DNA of 64,000 bases. Origin: a virus. Positions 45,991-56,400 of this stretch are shown here, in pieces. Each line of letters opens with the position of its first letter. Position 1 is the stretch's first letter. A program made the position numbers and the translations under genes. Location: positions 1-64,000 of IMG/VR virus record IMGVR_UViG_3300004369_000002; one strand, 5' to 3'. The notes beneath the pieces are model-generated. The model searched no databases and was not told the origin of the DNA. It worked only from the letters and a program-made list of their open reading frames with translations.

Positions 45991-47472
45991 ATGGCCCACG
46001 AACTTGATGACATCGTAGATGGACCGCTGACAAGCAACAAACTGTCGGGAGATAACGCGAGTTTTGTGACTTCAGTCGGAGGCTGGACTTCCACCAACTC
46101 CAACCTTGCACCAGAATTCGATTTCAAAAAATACGACAACATCAACTCCCTGAAAATAACACCAACCGCATATGACCCAATCGTTCTTTCATTGAACGGC
46201 ACAAACACTTCTCTCAGGGAAGCGAACGACAACATCGACCTACATTTTTGGATGTGGTCCACTAATGACGTTCTGGTGACGGTGGATCTATCTCTTGGAT
46301 CGGACGAGACTTCAACCATCTCCCAAACATACGCTGGGGGAATATGGAATGTCGTACGAGCAAACCCGATCGATGTTCCACTGTCCTCTGAAACATATCC
46401 GATAGGTATAACCATCACTCTAACTAATCATGGTGGCGGAGCCGTATGGCTTTCAAACCCGGTCTTATACCAAGAATATAATTTCACTAGAAATCGGTTC
46501 GTAAGAGAAACCGTACCTTTGATACCCCGCATTTTCACGGAACTGGACAAGATTCAAACTCGTCCCACGTTCCCCATGTATCGGATGATGGAAATTGGCT
46601 TGGCATACGCCGGAGTCGCATTCGAACAACAGGAACATTTCAGATATCGGGATGTGGCAGGAGGAAAAAAAACTGCCAACCGCGAGACGTTGAGTGGGTT
46701 GGTCGACCCAACAGTTGCTGATGTAGCCATTCTTCCGTGGCTTTCCCAGTTCACGGGAACTCAGTACATCGACCCCACTATCCGCACAACACCATGGGGC
46801 AACCTGCCCGAGACCTGGCTGCAAGTCATGCAGGACATCGACGAAGCAGTCGACATCGTTCTGAACGTCACCTCTTTGACCCGTACATCAAACGTAGTTT
46901 CAGCAGTTCTAGATGGCGACGTCACAGACTACGCGATCGGCCAAACAGTTCTTGTTAGCGGTGCTGGCACATTTGATGGGCAGTTCTTAATCACAGGACA
47001 AAATATTGGGACATCTACTATCGAATGGTCGCAGGACGGCTCAGATGACACCATTTTGACAGGCACAGTGTCTCTCGTTGATCAATCGTGGATTGAACTG
47101 GAATCGTTCCGAATTGACATCACGAACCGTGTTGAGTTCCTGCGTTGGCAGGTGGAAAACCAGTATTACGGGGTGAGGGCTGGAACTTTGGAGGCTTTGG
47201 CGGAGGCCACGAAGTTTTACCTGAGCGGCACTAAGACTGTCAACATTTTTCCGAAGCATCAAGGCGTACCGTTTTTGATCAAGATCTTCACGAAAACGTC
47301 GGAAACCCCCGGTGGTGTAGAAGGTGAAGAGTCCTTGGAATTAGCCCAAGCCCTACAGAAAGCAAAGCCCGCAGGGTTTAAAATAGTCCATGAATGTAAT
47401 AGCGATGGAACGGATTCGCTATTTGTTTTGGGTAGTTCAACTGATGGACTTTTGTCTAGCAGTCTTCTGTAA
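45991..47472 (+). CDS. Baseplate wedge gpI-like protein with carbohydrate-binding-like N-terminus
   Basis: DP.......LPWLSQFTG, GT..AL, KPAG. Confidence 0.75.
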   Translation: MAHELDDIVDGPLTSNKLSGDNASFVTSVGGWTSTNSNLAPEFDFKKYDNINSLKITPTAYDPIVLSLNGTNTSLREANDNIDLHFWMWSTNDVLVTVDLSLGSDETSTISQTYAGGIWNVVRANPIDVPLSSETYPIGITITLTNHGGGAVWLSNPVLYQEYNFTRNRFVRETVPLIPRIFTELDKIQTRPTFPMYRMMEIGLAYAGVAFEQQEHFRYRDVAGGKKTANRETLSGLVDPTVADVAILPWLSQFTGTQYIDPTIRTTPWGNLPETWLQVMQDIDEAVDIVLNVTSLTRTSNVVSAVLDGDVTDYAIGQTVLVSGAGTFDGQFLITGQNIGTSTIEWSQDGSDDTILTGTVSLVDQSWIELESFRIDITNRVEFLRWQVENQYYGVRAGTLEALAEATKFYLSGTKTVNIFPKHQGVPFLIKIFTKTSETPGGVEGEESLELAQALQKAKPAGFKIVHECNSDGTDSLFVLGSSTDGLLSSSLL

Positions 47473-47481
47473 GGAGTAGTT

Positions 47482-48222
47482 ATGGCTGGTGCAGGTTTTC
47501 GAACATGGGTAGACGAGGAGCCTCTATATGCGGCTGATGTCGTTTCGTATCTCATGGAGCAGTCGGTTATGGTGTTTGCGTCCACGAGTGCCAGAGATGC
47601 CGCAATCTCTGTTCCGACGGAAGGAATGATCTCCTACACCAAGGATGACAATGTGATCCGTTACTTCGATGGGACGTTGTGGAATGCCATTGGGGAGATC
47701 ACTGGTGGCTCAGGTATTTCGGTTTCAGAGTCAACATCGTCGTTCACAATTTCGTTGAATGTTGATGCTAAGGGTGATTTGCTGGTTGGTACCGCCAACG
47801 ACACGGTGGCTCGTATCCCTGTCGGTTCCGATGGTCAGGTTTTGACTGCCGCGTCAGGAGAGACAACTGGTGTGGCTTGGCAAGATGGCTTCACTTATGC
47901 GTCGCCTTTAACAACACAGACAAAGTCAGCGTCTTACACGCTTAGTTCTGCTGATGCCGGAAAGTTGTCTTGGATTGATACAACCGCTGGTGATGTGATT
48001 ATTACGCTCCCTGATGGCGCTACAGATCCTGGCTTGGATGACGGTCACCAATTCATGTTTCTAAGTATCAGTTCTGCGAACGATGTTATTTTCCAGGGCA
48101 ATGGCACATCAAATGTCGTTAGTAAAAATGCCTTTCTGACCATGAAGGGCGCATATCATGCTGTAACAGCAGTATTCTACGCTACATCTGATACTTGGAT
48201 TCTGGTAGGCGATCTGGGATAA
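47482..48222 (+). CDS. Tail fibre/minor tail protein
   Basis: VMVFAS..ARDAA...PTEGM, AKGDL repeat, YTL...D, WILVGDL. Confidence 0.7.
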   Translation: MAGAGFRTWVDEEPLYAADVVSYLMEQSVMVFASTSARDAAISVPTEGMISYTKDDNVIRYFDGTLWNAIGEITGGSGISVSESTSSFTISLNVDAKGDLLVGTANDTVARIPVGSDGQVLTAASGETTGVAWQDGFTYASPLTTQTKSASYTLSSADAGKLSWIDTTAGDVIITLPDGATDPGLDDGHQFMFLSISSANDVIFQGNGTSNVVSKNAFLTMKGAYHAVTAVFYATSDTWILVGDLG

Positions 48223-48224
48223 TC

Positions 48225-49853
48225 ATGCCTAACTTCTCCTATTATCTAGCGTCGCAGGCTGTTTCGGGTCGTGAAGTCAATGTGTATCTTCTCGTTCATC
48301 GACTTGATACGACTGGAACCAACAAATTAACGGATCTTGTCAATGTTGGCCCGTACGATGTAAATGGTCGCGATACCTATGATCAAGTGGCGCTAGGAAT
48401 AAAAAATGATGGAGGTTTTGATTCTGATGGTCCATTTGATTACTGGCATATTTACGCGCCCCATAGTCGTGGGGACTCATTCTGGGGTCCTCTAAGTCCA
48501 ACTGCAAACTTCAACATCAGTGCACCGCAATACGACGGAGTTTACAGCGGTGGCGCAACATCATCAGAGCCAACAACAAGACTCACAGCGCTCAATCAAA
48601 ACATGCATGTGTATCAGGCTCTGGCTCAAGAAGTTATTGCCAATAACGACTATGACATGGTTGTTCTGGCGTGGATGTACGACGACCTGGTTTTGGGGCC
48701 GCTTATTGGTGTGCCACTGTATCAATGGGGAAGAAAAATTACTGCTGGTTCAGGGGACAGGTTTTTAAGTAATTTGTATTTTGACAATTGGAATACATAC
48801 CTCTACTGGGGTTTGCACGGCACTACCACATCGCTAGGTCAGACATATATGTACCTGCGAAAGTACAACCAGTCTGGCACATTGATCTGGCATCGACGAT
48901 TGCAGTCAACCGTAACATCGCCGACTCGTAATCAGATGGGAACCTTGGCGGGTTTTGACACTGGCCGAATAGTCGTGCCAATTACTGTTGCCGCCTCGTC
49001 CACGGAATACAAGTTTGGCCTTGCTTATTATGACGCGTCAGGCAACCTAGAGGCGAACTCTATTTACTACTCTTGGGACAGCCCTGCTGTGAGTGGCTAT
49101 GCGAGTCCAGCATCATCAGTAGTTTCGTCGCGCCCAGCGTGGGATCGACAATATTTTGGTTGGCACTGGTATGACTTTGATTACACTCAGGCTCAAACAA
49201 ATTTCATCGCGGCACTTGGAGCCAGTGTTGGCACATTCTTTTTCACGCAGACCACCGCACCAGGTTTGATGGTGTCTGGTGCCATTGAGACTCTTGGTTC
49301 TGATCCGGGCGATGCAATTTTCCTCTGCCTTAACGATGAAACAGGGTTTGCTGCCACATCGCTTGTTTTGATCAAATTGGATTTTGACGGTGATGTTATT
49401 TGGCAAAGAAAACTCACTGTAAGAGGGCAGTATGAAACTGGTGGCGCAGTCACCAGTGGAACAACAACGATTTCCCAAGCGAAAATTAACTGGCGTGACG
49501 AAGAGGGATTTTCCTTGGCCCTCACAGTGAAGGAAGAATCCGGCTGGGGTGGGGATCCCGACTCTCCGGAAATTACCGCTTTCATGTCTTTCCCCTCTGA
49601 TGGTTCGGGATTGACGGGAGAGTATGTCAAACTTGAATTTGATCAGGGATTCAACTCAAGCCTAAATCCTCTGGTGTCACTAGCGTATAAATATGAAGAA
49701 TCAAACTTTGTGTTTAGTGAACCAGTATTGATCAGCGAGACTCAAGTTGGGGCGACGAGCGCTACCACCAACCCGTTTAGCCAAACTAATGTCACATCTA
49801 GTCCAACGAAGACTGAGTTTTCGGTTGAATCGGCGAACGGAGTGTATCGATGA
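48225..49853 (+). CDS. Putative receptor-binding/beta-rich tail protein
   Basis: KY..SG.LIW.R and KLD.DG.VIWQR propeller-like blades. Confidence 0.55.
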   Translation: MPNFSYYLASQAVSGREVNVYLLVHRLDTTGTNKLTDLVNVGPYDVNGRDTYDQVALGIKNDGGFDSDGPFDYWHIYAPHSRGDSFWGPLSPTANFNISAPQYDGVYSGGATSSEPTTRLTALNQNMHVYQALAQEVIANNDYDMVVLAWMYDDLVLGPLIGVPLYQWGRKITAGSGDRFLSNLYFDNWNTYLYWGLHGTTTSLGQTYMYLRKYNQSGTLIWHRRLQSTVTSPTRNQMGTLAGFDTGRIVVPITVAASSTEYKFGLAYYDASGNLEANSIYYSWDSPAVSGYASPASSVVSSRPAWDRQYFGWHWYDFDYTQAQTNFIAALGASVGTFFFTQTTAPGLMVSGAIETLGSDPGDAIFLCLNDETGFAATSLVLIKLDFDGDVIWQRKLTVRGQYETGGAVTSGTTTISQAKINWRDEEGFSLALTVKEESGWGGDPDSPEITAFMSFPSDGSGLTGEYVKLEFDQGFNSSLNPLVSLAYKYEESNFVFSEPVLISETQVGATSATTNPFSQTNVTSSPTKTEFSVESANGVYR

Positions 49854-50170
49854 GTCTTTACATGGATCCGAATGGGAATTTTCCTCGTCATTCAGGTGAT
49901 GTTCGTCTTGCTAATGGTCGTTGGAAGAAGGGTGATCCTCTGCCTGACGGTTGGAGGGAAGTTACCCAAACTCCCCCGCCACAGGTTCCAGGCAAGGTCG
50001 TCACATACGGCATTCCAGTTGAGGTTGATGGGGTACTCTCCACCACCTACGAACTCGTTGACATGAAGCCTAAGTCAATTGCGGATTTGAGCGATGACGA
50101 GATTCGTAAGGCATTGGGTCCGGAAGCCTATAGGGCTTATCAGGAACACCTAGAATCTAAACTACAATAG
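49850..50170 (+). CDS. Hypothetical protein (possible fibre assembly)
   Basis: ATGA overlap; FPRH.GD, LP.GW.EV. Confidence 0.6.
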   Translation: MSLYMDPNGNFPRHSGDVRLANGRWKKGDPLPDGWREVTQTPPPQVPGKVVTYGIPVEVDGVLSTTYELVDMKPKSIADLSDDEIRKALGPEAYRAYQEHLESKLQ

Positions 50171-50190
50171 TTTCAGTGCAGGAGTAAAAA

Positions 50191-51207
50191 ATGACCGTTT
50201 CCCAGACAACCCGATTTGGTATCTACCGCTGGAGTGAAGATACTGATGCCTTCACGCGTCAGCAAATGGACTCTAGCCACGACTCCATCGAATCAAAAGG
50301 GGCCATTTTTACCTCGGGGACAACAATCCCTGCACCAAACCCCGAGCACGCCCGATCGTTCTTCTTCAAAACAGACACCCAAACGCTCTACTACTTCAAC
50401 GGCACAGATAATACGGGGTCGTGGGTGGCTATCGGCCAGTTCGGAAACACAGGCCAAATGGCCACTCTCGCATACGGCCAATCGAACAGTGCAGGCGTCG
50501 TCGATGCTGTGGCCCGAATTGACCATGTCCACGAACTGCCCACGATTGACACGACGGCTCTGATCCCAAAAAATATTTTGACAAGCAAGGGCGATCTGAT
50601 AGCCGGAGCAGGTCCCTCAACTCCAACAGTTCAGGGTGTGGGTGCGGACGGCCAGTTTCTGAAGGCTGACTCCTCATCGGCGACAGGTCTTTCTTGGGGA
50701 ACCGTAGTAACGACTGGTTTTCTGTCATCGACCGTGGTCGACGCGAAGGGCGATTTGCTGGTTGGAACAGGAAACGACACGGTTGCTCGTCGTTCTGTTG
50801 GGACAAACGGCCAACTTCTTATTGCCGACTCATTTCAATCAACCGGCTTGCGCTGGGGGAATGATCCTCAGTTCCAGAAGTACAGTGAAGGCTTGCTTTC
50901 AGTTGGCTCCTATTCTGGTTCCACTGTCGGCGATCAGGCCAACGTGTATTACATTGAATTGGGATCCAGTCAAACGTTGACCCTGTCTGCAGGTGTTGCG
51001 ACAGCAAATACTGCGTATTCGCTGTCCCTGATCATCAAGAACACGGCAGCCAGCGTCACAATGACTTTTCCTGCTTCGGTGAAATGGCCCAACGGCACGC
51101 GACCGACAGAAGATACAGGTCTTAACAAGACGAACCTGTGGACACTGATCACTTACGATCAGGGCACTACCTGGCTTGGCTTTTTGGCAGGACGAGGGTT
51201 CTCGTGA
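50191..51207 (+). CDS. Tail fibre protein
   Basis: AR.DHVH, two KGDL repeats, FPASVKWPNG..P, T.D.GTTW.G. Confidence 0.75.
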   Translation: MTVSQTTRFGIYRWSEDTDAFTRQQMDSSHDSIESKGAIFTSGTTIPAPNPEHARSFFFKTDTQTLYYFNGTDNTGSWVAIGQFGNTGQMATLAYGQSNSAGVVDAVARIDHVHELPTIDTTALIPKNILTSKGDLIAGAGPSTPTVQGVGADGQFLKADSSSATGLSWGTVVTTGFLSSTVVDAKGDLLVGTGNDTVARRSVGTNGQLLIADSFQSTGLRWGNDPQFQKYSEGLLSVGSYSGSTVGDQANVYYIELGSSQTLTLSAGVATANTAYSLSLIIKNTAASVTMTFPASVKWPNGTRPTEDTGLNKTNLWTLITYDQGTTWLGFLAGRGFS

Positions 51208-52181
51208 GCCATTTTGGTGTTGGTGGTGCTGGCCGTTTTAGGCCAAACATTGGGTATTTGCAGCGAAACCCTACTGCGCTTGGTTCGGGTTCCTCCATTG
51301 GAGGGGACATCGAACAAAATGGTAGTGGGGCAGCAAACCCTTACATTAGAATTGGTTCAGGTTTTAGGCCAGGGAACTCCCTGACGCAAACAAGCAACAG
51401 TCACGCTTTGTGGAATGTGTACTCGCCAAACGCTGACATTTCGTCCAACATGATTGTCCCTGATGGTAGCGGAATCTATTTCCGGTACAAAGACATCAAT
51501 AGGATGTGGCGTTTGATTATGGGCGAATATCTGTATAACTACTACACTGTTCCCGCTTTTTACCAAGAAGCGACATGCACGGGCTGCTATTTGACCAGTT
51601 ACTCAACAACACAACAAGAATTCTCATACGAGTGCACGTCAATATACTCATACGGAACCGTATACACATCCAGCAACTACAGTTACTGTAGTTATGGCGG
51701 ATACAGCCAACTATACGATTATAGTCGCGTTTGGAAATCGTATTGCGACTCATCTTGCGGATGCAACCCAACATACGCAAACCTATACGGCTGCGCAGGA
51801 AAATGCCAGGACTTTATTACCCGCACCTACTACCAGTGTACGGGCGGAACATCGGGAACATACATCGCTGGTTCACAAACACCAAACTATCGTCCCCGGC
51901 TTTTCTTGCAATACCGGAATGGCTCTTCGACGTGGACCAATCACGGAACAATCAATCTGACCGGTGCTGAGGTTGGCGGACTTAGGGTACGGCTCGTTGG
52001 TAACTCCATCGTTGTTTACAAGGGAACGTATGGTCAAACATCGGGGTGGACGCAAATCGGATCATATACGTCGTCTATTCACAATGACGGTCTCTTTCAT
52101 GGGATTGGGATAGGCAGCGAGAACCCCCAAAACCGTGGAGTAAGCAGCGGTATAGGCGCATTTACCATCGAAGGAATCTGA
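51204..52181 (+). CDS. Lectin-like beta protein with Cys/Tyr-rich insertion
   Basis: GTGA overlap; GIYFRY.D...W ... LRV...GN.I.VY ... HGIG; 10-Cys insert. Confidence 0.6.
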   Translation: MSHFGVGGAGRFRPNIGYLQRNPTALGSGSSIGGDIEQNGSGAANPYIRIGSGFRPGNSLTQTSNSHALWNVYSPNADISSNMIVPDGSGIYFRYKDINRMWRLIMGEYLYNYYTVPAFYQEATCTGCYLTSYSTTQQEFSYECTSIYSYGTVYTSSNYSYCSYGGYSQLYDYSRVWKSYCDSSCGCNPTYANLYGCAGKCQDFITRTYYQCTGGTSGTYIAGSQTPNYRPRLFLQYRNGSSTWTNHGTINLTGAEVGGLRVRLVGNSIVVYKGTYGQTSGWTQIGSYTSSIHNDGLFHGIGIGSENPQNRGVSSGIGAFTIEGI

Positions 52182-52182
52182 G

Positions 52183-52428
52183 ATGGCTCAAATTTTTGAG
52201 ATTTCGGACGAAACATTCCACGCAATAGCGGCCGGGGAAAAAAACGTGTACGCTATCAAAAAGTCGCGTTATAAAACGTTGGATGGGTGGGAAAAAGCGG
52301 GATCAAAAATCAGCATTTGTGTTGTCCGTGACGACTACACTGTGCGAGAGGAACTTCGGATTCCTATTTCAAAAATTGAGTCAGCACACCAGAGGTTAAG
52401 TAATGGTGATGGTACAGAAGCGCAATGA
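52183..52428 (+). CDS. Hypothetical protein
   Basis: Operon packing. Confidence 0.55.
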   Translation: MAQIFEISDETFHAIAAGEKNVYAIKKSRYKTLDGWEKAGSKISICVVRDDYTVREELRIPISKIESAHQRLSNGDGTEAQ

Positions 52429-52813
52429 CGTCCCTGAAAAAACGTTAATTGCCATTGTTTCTGATGTAACTTTGGTTCAATTAATGGAGATGGACCACGC
52501 TGCGGTCTATTGGGGTGTTATTACGGAAGATTTCCCGCGCGAGGAATGGAATCGTGTTTCCCGAGTTATGAACTTTGTTCAACTGGGAACATATGAAGAA
52601 TTCGTTGTCGACGAGGAAGGTATTGTCACTTTTGGTTGGTCCGAAATTCGTATTATTTCAAACCGCCAGAATCTTCATTTGGATCGTCGGCTTTTGGAAG
52701 CGGACAATATTCCGACGATTTCAGCAAAACCGTCTACTAGCGAGGGTAAGCGCAAGTTCCGTTTGCCTGGGTTTATCAGAAAATCAAAACCCGATTGTGG
52801 ATGTGGAGGTTGA
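52403..52813 (+). CDS. Hypothetical protein ending DCGCGG
   Basis: GAGG SD; operon packing. Confidence 0.55.
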   Translation: MVMVQKRNDVPEKTLIAIVSDVTLVQLMEMDHAAVYWGVITEDFPREEWNRVSRVMNFVQLGTYEEFVVDEEGIVTFGWSEIRIISNRQNLHLDRRLLEADNIPTISAKPSTSEGKRKFRLPGFIRKSKPDCGCGG

Positions 52814-52815
52814 CA

Positions 52816-53055
52816 ATGGAGGGTGAACAGAACGAGGAAATGGCCAAAATGGTTGACGATGCCTTTCCCGAAAGCATGGTCCTCAACTGGATTGTCATAG
52901 CCGAAACTGTCAACAGTGATGAAAGACATCTACAAATGGCGACAAGCGACGGCATGACAACATGGCTGGCGACCGGAATGCTAAACTGTGCCAACGAGAT
53001 AGTGATCAATCAGCACTACACCAATCAAGAGGAGTTTGACGATGGCGACAACTAA
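52816..53055 (+). CDS. Hypothetical protein
   Basis: GGAGG SD; W.VIAE, W..TGML motifs. Confidence 0.65.
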   Translation: MEGEQNEEMAKMVDDAFPESMVLNWIVIAETVNSDERHLQMATSDGMTTWLATGMLNCANEIVINQHYTNQEEFDDGDN

Positions 53056-53374
53056 GCGCAAGCGAGCCAAGAAGAGCCAGGTCGGAGACCAGATGGCAAA
53101 AGGCGGCATCATGGCGCTCGTGGTCTACTTTGCCAACAAGGGCGACATCGACCCGGAACTCGTTGCAATCTGCATGCCCCTGATCGCAGGAATCATGGCA
53201 GTGGTCTCAACAAAAATTGGAGACCCCGCAATCGCATCGTTCTTCGATGTGGGCAAGAAGGACGCCGCAATTCCGGCTCCTGCAGCAGCGGAAGCAGCCC
53301 CCAAGGCCGAAGAGGCAGCCGCACCCGCAAAGAAGTCCGCAGGGCGACCCAAGAAGGCCGCACCCAAGAAGTAA
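53042..53374 (+). CDS. Putative holin-like membrane protein with Ala/Lys/Pro tail
   Basis: Two hydrophobic segments, S.KIGDP..ASF, basic C-terminus; GAGGAG SD. Confidence 0.5.
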   Translation: MATTKRKRAKKSQVGDQMAKGGIMALVVYFANKGDIDPELVAICMPLIAGIMAVVSTKIGDPAIASFFDVGKKDAAIPAPAAAEAAPKAEEAAAPAKKSAGRPKKAAPKK

Positions 53375-53392
53375 ACCAATCTCCGACAAGGG

Positions 53393-53430
53393 ACGGTGGG
53401 CGAGGCAGGTTATCCTGCCTCGTTTGCCGT
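53393..53430 (+). terminator. Long hairpin after holin-like gene
   Basis: acggtggg-cgaggcagg-ttat-cctgcctcg-tttgccgt (9-bp perfect stem extended by G-U pairs). Confidence 0.7.
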
Positions 53431-53498
53431 TATCGGCACACTAGAAGTGATCCTTCTTGGGCTAAAATTATGCCAGGTAAACAGTTGGAGGGCTAACT

Positions 53499-53846
53499 GT
53501 GATCGCTGGCGTCTATAACATCAATCTTGACCAGGGCGCTACGTTCGAACGCCTACTCACGGTAAAAGACGCTGCCGATGCCCTCTATGACTTTACTGAC
53601 CATACGGCACGAATGCAGATTCGCGCCGAACTGGAAGACACTGATGTCCTGGCAGAACTGACGACCGAAAACGGCTACATAACGCTCGGGGGATCAGCGG
53701 GGACGATCAACCTCATGCTTCCACCCGTAGTGACGGCAACACTGGATCGTGATTGCGTCTACGACCTGGAAATCATCGACGGTCTCGGTCGCGTCTATCG
53801 ACTCCTTAAAGGAATTGTTCGTGTAGATGCCGAGGTCACCAGATGA
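53499..53846 (+). CDS. Tail fibre attachment protein (BppU/LtfC-like)
   Basis: DQGATF, ARMQIR, G.I.L, YDLEI, RLL.G...V..EVT. Confidence 0.7.
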   Translation: MIAGVYNINLDQGATFERLLTVKDAADALYDFTDHTARMQIRAELEDTDVLAELTTENGYITLGGSAGTINLMLPPVVTATLDRDCVYDLEIIDGLGRVYRLLKGIVRVDAEVTR

Positions 53847-54379
53847 GCAGCATTTCGGGATCAAAGATCGATGTAGAGGCACAAAATCTTCGCAACCGGG
53901 TCACGGTTGAAGAGCCGGAAGTTTCGGTAAATGTTGAGCAGATCAACAACATCATTTCCGTTACCGAAGAACCGACCGAAGTTCTAATCTCGCTTTTAGG
54001 GAGCCAAGGTCCTCGCGGTGGAACCATTTTGTATGGGACGACTTCTCCGCCGTCAATACAGTTGGGTGTTCCCGGGGATATTTACTTCGACCAAAACCAG
54101 TACCAGTTCTGGGGACCAAAGTATGTGGATCCTGCTGACGGCGCAGCAAAATGGCCCCAATTCCCATTTTTCACCATTTCGGTATCTCGGAGATATGTCC
54201 ACACACAAACAACCCCCAGCAACACCTGGCTGATCAACCACGACCTTGGTGGAGAACCTTCAATCTCAGTAGTGGATAGCGCAAAAACTATGGTCATCGG
54301 CGAGGTAAGATATATTAGTACAACGCAAATTGAGGTGCAATTTACCTCACCGTTTTCAGGGTTCGCATACCTAACGTAA
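53843..54379 (+). CDS. Minor tail protein
   Basis: GPRG, G..GD.Y.D, WGPK, H.Q..PS.TW.I.H.LG, F..PFSG.AYL. Confidence 0.7.
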   Translation: MSSISGSKIDVEAQNLRNRVTVEEPEVSVNVEQINNIISVTEEPTEVLISLLGSQGPRGGTILYGTTSPPSIQLGVPGDIYFDQNQYQFWGPKYVDPADGAAKWPQFPFFTISVSRRYVHTQTTPSNTWLINHDLGGEPSISVVDSAKTMVIGEVRYISTTQIEVQFTSPFSGFAYLT

Positions 54380-54395
54380 AGTGAGAGGGCGCTAA

Positions 54396-55895
54396 ATGGC
54401 GACTAGATTCGTAACAAATCTTGATCTGGTACAGAACCAGATCCTCAACGGACGCTTCGAAAGCGTTGCCAGCGACCCCAATACCGGCAACTTCGAAGGC
54501 CGGATGATCTATAACACCACCGAAGACACCATCAAGGTGTACTCGGGGTCCGCATGGCGGAAGATGCTGTGGGAAATCACCTCCGGAACCACAGCCCTCG
54601 TCCCCAGCGAAACCAACGGAAGCGTCGCCCTCACAATTGCCAATGTGACCAGCACCGTCGACGGCTTGATGTCCGCGACCGACAAGGTCAAACTGGATGC
54701 CTCCACCTCAAACAACACGGCCTCAACAATTGTTTTCCGAGATACCAACGGAGACTTCTCGGCTAATACCATCACTGCAGGAAAAGTAACTGGACTCAAC
54801 GCCCCTAGCGCTGATACGGACGCAGCCAACAAGGCCTATGTTGACGCTGCCAGGTCAGGGTTGGATGTCAAGGCATCCGTTCGCGTTGCAACGACAGGAG
54901 ACATCTCCCTGTCCAACGCCACAACCACCGTCGACAACATCACCCTAAATGACGGAGACCGAATCCTAGTCAAAGACCAGAACACAGGCTCCGAAAACGG
55001 CATCTACATCGTCTCCACCAGCGGAAACTGGTCACGAGCCACCGATGCCGATTCCAGCGCCGAAGTCACCTCCGGTTTGTTCACATTCGTTGCCGAAGGC
55101 GACGCCAACGCTGACTCCGGCTGGGTTTTGGCCACCAACGACACAATCGTCCTGGACACCACCAACCTGGTCTTCAACAAGTTCTCGGGTGCTGGCCAGA
55201 TTATCGCTGGTCTCGGCCTGTCCAAGAGCGGCGTTCAGTCTAACCAACTGGATGTGAATACCGATGGGACATCCATTGAAATCGACGGCAACGACGATGT
55301 TCGCATCGCTTCTGGGGCTGCTGGTGACGGCCTCGGTTGGAATACTGGTGTCCTGAGCATCAACATCGCCGCAACAGGTGGTTTGCAACTCACCTCGGAC
55401 GAAATTGAAATCAAACTCAACTCTGGGGTGTCGGGTCTCAACACGACCGCCAACGGTCTTGCGCTTGACTCGTCAATGGCTGGAACCGGCCTCACCTTCA
55501 CGACCGGAGTGCTGTCGGTCAACACGATTGACCTGACGAGCGCATCGGGTAACGGTGTTTCGGGTCTTCTACCCATCGCCAATGGTGGTACGAACGCTTC
55601 AACCGAGGCCGCCGCCCGAAGCACTCTTGCTTTTACCCCCGCTGGTTACAACACGAGCCAGGCAGTTCTTGCTCGTATCGCTGCGGTTGACTGCTCGGCT
55701 TCATCGGGAACCACCTCTGTCACTGCCGTGACACACAATTTCAATACCGCTGATGTTGTTGTGCAGGTATACGACACAGTTACCAACGACACAGTTATTG
55801 CTGATGTTGTTCGTGCAAACGCCAATGCGGTCACGGTCACAATCAATGGCTCGTTAATTGCCTCAGGTGACTACCGAATTGTTGTGACAGGCTAA
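54396..55895 (+). CDS. Tail fibre protein
   Basis: GLMS..DK.KLD, DAANKAYVD, DVKASVRVATT, DRILVKDQ...ENGIY, W.RA.DAD, G.GL repeats, LPIANGGT. Confidence 0.85.
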   Translation: MATRFVTNLDLVQNQILNGRFESVASDPNTGNFEGRMIYNTTEDTIKVYSGSAWRKMLWEITSGTTALVPSETNGSVALTIANVTSTVDGLMSATDKVKLDASTSNNTASTIVFRDTNGDFSANTITAGKVTGLNAPSADTDAANKAYVDAARSGLDVKASVRVATTGDISLSNATTTVDNITLNDGDRILVKDQNTGSENGIYIVSTSGNWSRATDADSSAEVTSGLFTFVAEGDANADSGWVLATNDTIVLDTTNLVFNKFSGAGQIIAGLGLSKSGVQSNQLDVNTDGTSIEIDGNDDVRIASGAAGDGLGWNTGVLSINIAATGGLQLTSDEIEIKLNSGVSGLNTTANGLALDSSMAGTGLTFTTGVLSVNTIDLTSASGNGVSGLLPIANGGTNASTEAAARSTLAFTPAGYNTSQAVLARIAAVDCSASSGTTSVTAVTHNFNTADVVVQVYDTVTNDTVIADVVRANANAVTVTINGSLIASGDYRIVVTG

Positions 55896-55947
55896 GATTT
55901 CCACATAGGGCTTGAGGGCCCACTAACAAAGAGAAACGGTTGAGGTC

Positions 55948-56400
55948 GTGGCTCAGAGATTCACAACGCCAATATCTATCGCGCAGTTATCTTCTGCGTC
56001 ATCAGATGCTATCTCTGTGCTTGTCGACGGCGATGTCAGCCCTCGGGTCAAAGTAGAAGCAGGGGGACGCCTCACGTGGGGTGATGGAACATCTTCCGGC
56101 GATGTTGTTCTATATCGTGACTCTGCAAATCTCCTCAAAACTGATGACACCTTTCAGGCCACTGGCGGTGTCGCCACTATTACGAACCCCGGTCCTCCCC
56201 CGAACGCTCTTGTTCGCCCAGTCGGAACACTTCTCGTTGACTCAACCAACGACACCTTCTACTTCTATGGAACGCTCGGCTGGACGCAAATCGTCGGCGG
56301 AGAAGGCGGCGGTGGCGGTGGCGAACAAATCAATCTTGACGGTGGCGACTCCGACGAAATTTTCGGTGGCATCGTAAGCATTGATGGAGGAACCGCCTGA
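55948..56400 (+). CDS. Minor tail protein
   Basis: G.LTWGDG, LYR..AN.LKTDD, DGG repeats. Confidence 0.65.
   Translation: MAQRFTTPISIAQLSSASSDAISVLVDGDVSPRVKVEAGGRLTWGDGTSSGDVVLYRDSANLLKTDDTFQATGGVATITNPGPPPNALVRPVGTLLVDSTNDTFYFYGTLGWTQIVGGEGGGGGGEQINLDGGDSDEIFGGIVSIDGGTA

Noticed and set aside
35051-47472. Extracellular contractile injection system or tailocin
   Set aside because: Complete head, portal and terminase are present, so this is a phage tail
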